This document shows positions 60,990 to 64,000 of a stretch of 64,000 nucleotides of DNA, in pieces. Below the pieces are notes generated by a model. That model saw only the letters and a program-made list of their open reading frames with translations. It made no database searches and was not told the origin of the DNA. Location of the stretch: the NCBI GenBank assembly GCA_052327205.1, contig CM126208.1, positions 63,054,001 to 63,118,000 of the forward strand, given 5' to 3'. The position numbers and the translations under genes are program-made. The stretch is from Somniosus microcephalus. Its lineage: Eukaryota. Positions within the stretch are counted from its first letter, which is position 1. Each line of letters starts with the position of its first letter.

Positions 60990-63630
60990 ACCTATCCTGT
61001 CCGCATTAAACCTCACACTCACAAGTCTCCCAGCTACACCCAAAGCCACCCTTGTCATCAAGTAAACCCTCTCCACCTCTGATGTCACGACTGGCTCCAA
61101 TGACATTTCTGACAACTTCTTCACTGCCTCCCCCTTCACCACCCACATCCCCTTTGTCACTCCAACCCATCTACTTTCACCCTCCAATGCTGTATCCCTC
61201 ACTAATACCCTCTTTAACTCCCAACTTTGTCTTCACTAGTTGATCACCCATCATTACATCCACTGATCTGATCACCAAATGACTACCTTCAACTCCCCTC
61301 ATCCCCATTAGATCCCTAACATTCCCTCACCTTCACAGATTCTCATGGTACAATAATCAGCTTCACAGCCTCAAAGATAAGGGCTGGAGGCTCAAGCTCT
61401 CATGGCTAACAATCGGCCTGTTGCATGTCTCAGAATCTGGCTTCACTCACTCAAGATGTACTCCCTTTTCCCCTCAACGGACAAAACCTCATTACTGCAG
61501 AGTCATCCTAGAGAGCAAAAATAATTCCAAATACCTCTTCTGCAAGACAAACCGTGTCCTCCACCCTCCTTCCCTTCCCACCATCCCTGCTCCATCAACT
61601 CTGAAACTCAATGCAAGAAGCTCATGGATTTCTTCATCTCCAAAATGAAAAACGCCAGCTTGGCTGGCTCAGCCACCTCTGACCTCATTGTCCCCTCTGT
61701 TCCTAGCCTCTACTCTATAACACTGTAATTTCTCCCCCTCAGCTCTTATCAGATTCATTTTCTTCAGAAGATCCACCACATGTCCCATTGATCCCCTCTT
61801 AACTCAGTTCCTCAATGGTGAACTTCTACTCCTCAGCCTAATTCTCACTGACATAATCAGCCTCGCCCTCTCCTCCGGCATCATTTCCCTTCCCTCGGAA
61901 TAGCTGCCAACTCTCCTCATTAATGAATTGCCCATTTCCAACCTCCTTTCTTCAAACCTTTGCCAACCAACATCTTTGCCAACCAACTCCACGGCCACCT
62001 CCTCCACCATTTCTTACTCATGCAGTGCCAGTCTGATTTGTATCTCACCCATAGCGTCAACACTGCCCTGATCAAAGTCATCAGTAAAACGTGGGACTTG
62101 ATCCCTCCTCATCCTATTCACAGTTAATCTCTCTTCCACCTGCATCATCCACCTCTACTGGTTTCATTCCTACCTGTGCCAATGCAAGTTTTTTTCCCCA
62201 TGCCCATACAATCACCTCTGATATGCCCTAAGGCTCCGTCCTTGGCCCATTCCTACACATTGCCCTTTACTAACATCATCTGCCAGTTAGGGTCAGTTTC
62301 TATAAGTAAGACGACGATATCCAAATCTGTCTCTCCACCACCACCCTTTATTCGATAACTGCTGCAGTGCTGTCTGCTCCCATTAGAAACTTTGCACCTC
62401 AGGCTAAACCAAGGCCCCGGGTGAACATCAAAAATCCCATGGGTCTATTTGAAGAAGAGCAGAGAGTTCGCGAATGTCCTGCCCAACATCACTCTATTTA
62501 CCAACACCATTTATCTCATTTGCCGTTTATGTGATCTCGCTGTGCACAAAATTGGCTGCTGCCACACTATAAATAATAAGGCACCAAAAGAAAGAAGGAC
62601 TTGCATTTATATAGCGTCTTTCACGACCACTGGACAAAGTGATTTACAGCCAATGAAGTACTTTTTTGAAGTGTAGTCACTGTTTTAATGTAGGAAACAT
62701 TAGAAACACAGCAAGTTCCCACAAGCAGCAATGTGATAATGTCCAGATTATCTGTTTTTCCGTGATATTGATTGAGGGATAAATATTGGCCCAGACACCG
62801 GGGATGACTCCCCTGCTCTTCTTTGAAATAGTGCCATTGGATCTTTTACGCCCATCTGCGAGAGCAGACGGGGCCTCGGTTTAACGTCTCATCCGAAAGG
62901 CAGCACCTCCGACAGTGCAGCATTCCCTCAGTACTGCACTAGAGTGTCAGCCTAGATTTTGGTGCTCAAATCTCTGGAGTGGGACTTGAACCCAGAACTA
63001 TTCCGATTCAGAGGCGAGGGTGCAACCAACTGACACTATAAATGCAGTTATTTTATCTTCCTTCTTGAAAATAGCGGCCACGTTAGTTTGTTTTATACTC
63101 AACTATTCCACAGGTCTTCTGGTTGGCCTCCCATCTTCAACCCTCCATAAACTTCATCTCATCCAAAGCTCTGTTGACCGCATCCTGACTTACATCAATT
63201 CTCGGTCACCCATCACCTCTGCGCTCAACCTACATCGGCTCCCGTTCCAGCAACGCCTCAAATTTAAAATTCTCATCCTTGTGTTCCAATCCCTCAATGG
63301 CTTTGCCCCTCCCTATCTCTATAACCTCCTCCAGCCCTACAACCTTCCAAGAACTCTGCGTTCCTCCAATTCTGGCCTCTTGTGCATCCCCGATTTTCTT
63401 CGCCCATTAGTGGCCATGTCTTCAACTGTCTCAGCCCTAAGCTCTGGAATTCCCTCTCTACCGCTCTATCGTCCTTTAAGACAATTCTTAAAATCTACCT
63501 CTTTTACCAAGCTTTTGGTCAGCTATCCTAACAACTCATGTGGCTCGGTGTCAAATTTTGTTTGATTACACTCCTGTGAAGCATCTTGGGATGTGAAGTC
63601 GCTATATAAATGCAAGTTGTTGTTGTTGTG
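60990..63630 (+). mobile_element. Old L2 LINE, heavily degenerate and interrupted by SINEs
   Basis: LNYSTGLLVGLPSSTLHKL and LPFQQRLKFKILILVF peptides, L2 tail at ~63600; 5' limit approximate. Confidence 0.7.
62588..63034 (-). mobile_element. Deu-domain SINE, full length
   Basis: Reverse complement of the 39046-39505 family. Confidence 0.88.
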
Positions 63631-64000
63631 GTTGTTGATTCTAGCCACTTGTGAATCCCCCGTCCCTTCATCCCACATAGGCGGCAGTGCCTATAGGCGC
63701 CTGGGCGCCATGCTCTGGAAATTCCTCTGTAAACCTCTCTGCCTCTCTCCTTCCCATCCTCCTTAAACCCATCTCTTTGATCAAGCTGCTGGTCACCCTC
63801 CTGATCTCTCCTTTAGCTAGGCTTCCGTTTTCCTTACATACCTCTGGAATACCTTGATACATTCTTTAACGTAAAAGGTGCTATAAAAATGGAAGTGGTT
63901 GTTGTGATATTCATCAAATGATTGATGAATAGTTTATATAAAAAAAACTTCCTAACCGGTGTGTAACTGCATTCTGCTTGTTCTCTATTTGCCCATGTGA

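Overview
Repeat-dominated eukaryotic DNA, most consistent with a cartilaginous fish (shark-type CR1/L2 LINEs, Deu-domain SINEs, V-SINE; an inference from repeat families). I see no recognisable host coding exon. There is only a candidate minus-strand promoter/5'UTR region (~41.5-42.8 kb) and one weak candidate exon (6086-6168). Main elements: (1) a young full-length Gypsy LTR retrotransposon (15264-19586, 215-bp LTRs with one mismatch, CATAT TSD) nested in a CR1. It has no tRNA PBS; the PBS position is instead a perfect 14-nt complement of its own LTR poly(A) region, and its RT motif is YLDN. (2) A complete two-gene PIF/Harbinger transposon (56624-60894) with an intact three-exon Myb/SANT gene and a transposase broken by one nonsense codon, plus related MITEs. 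(3) A near full-length CR1 (45437-50394, minus) with esterase ORF1, tandem 5' monomers and a doubled 3' module. (4) A Penelope-like element carrying a minimal hammerhead ribozyme, and two short Penelope-derived hairpin elements with the hammerhead at their apex. (5) A 5S-derived segment fused to a LINE-like tail. There are also many LINE/SINE fragments, a GA-rich microsatellite and two assembly gaps. Boundaries of old fragments are approximate; family names come from motif recognition by eye, not database searches.
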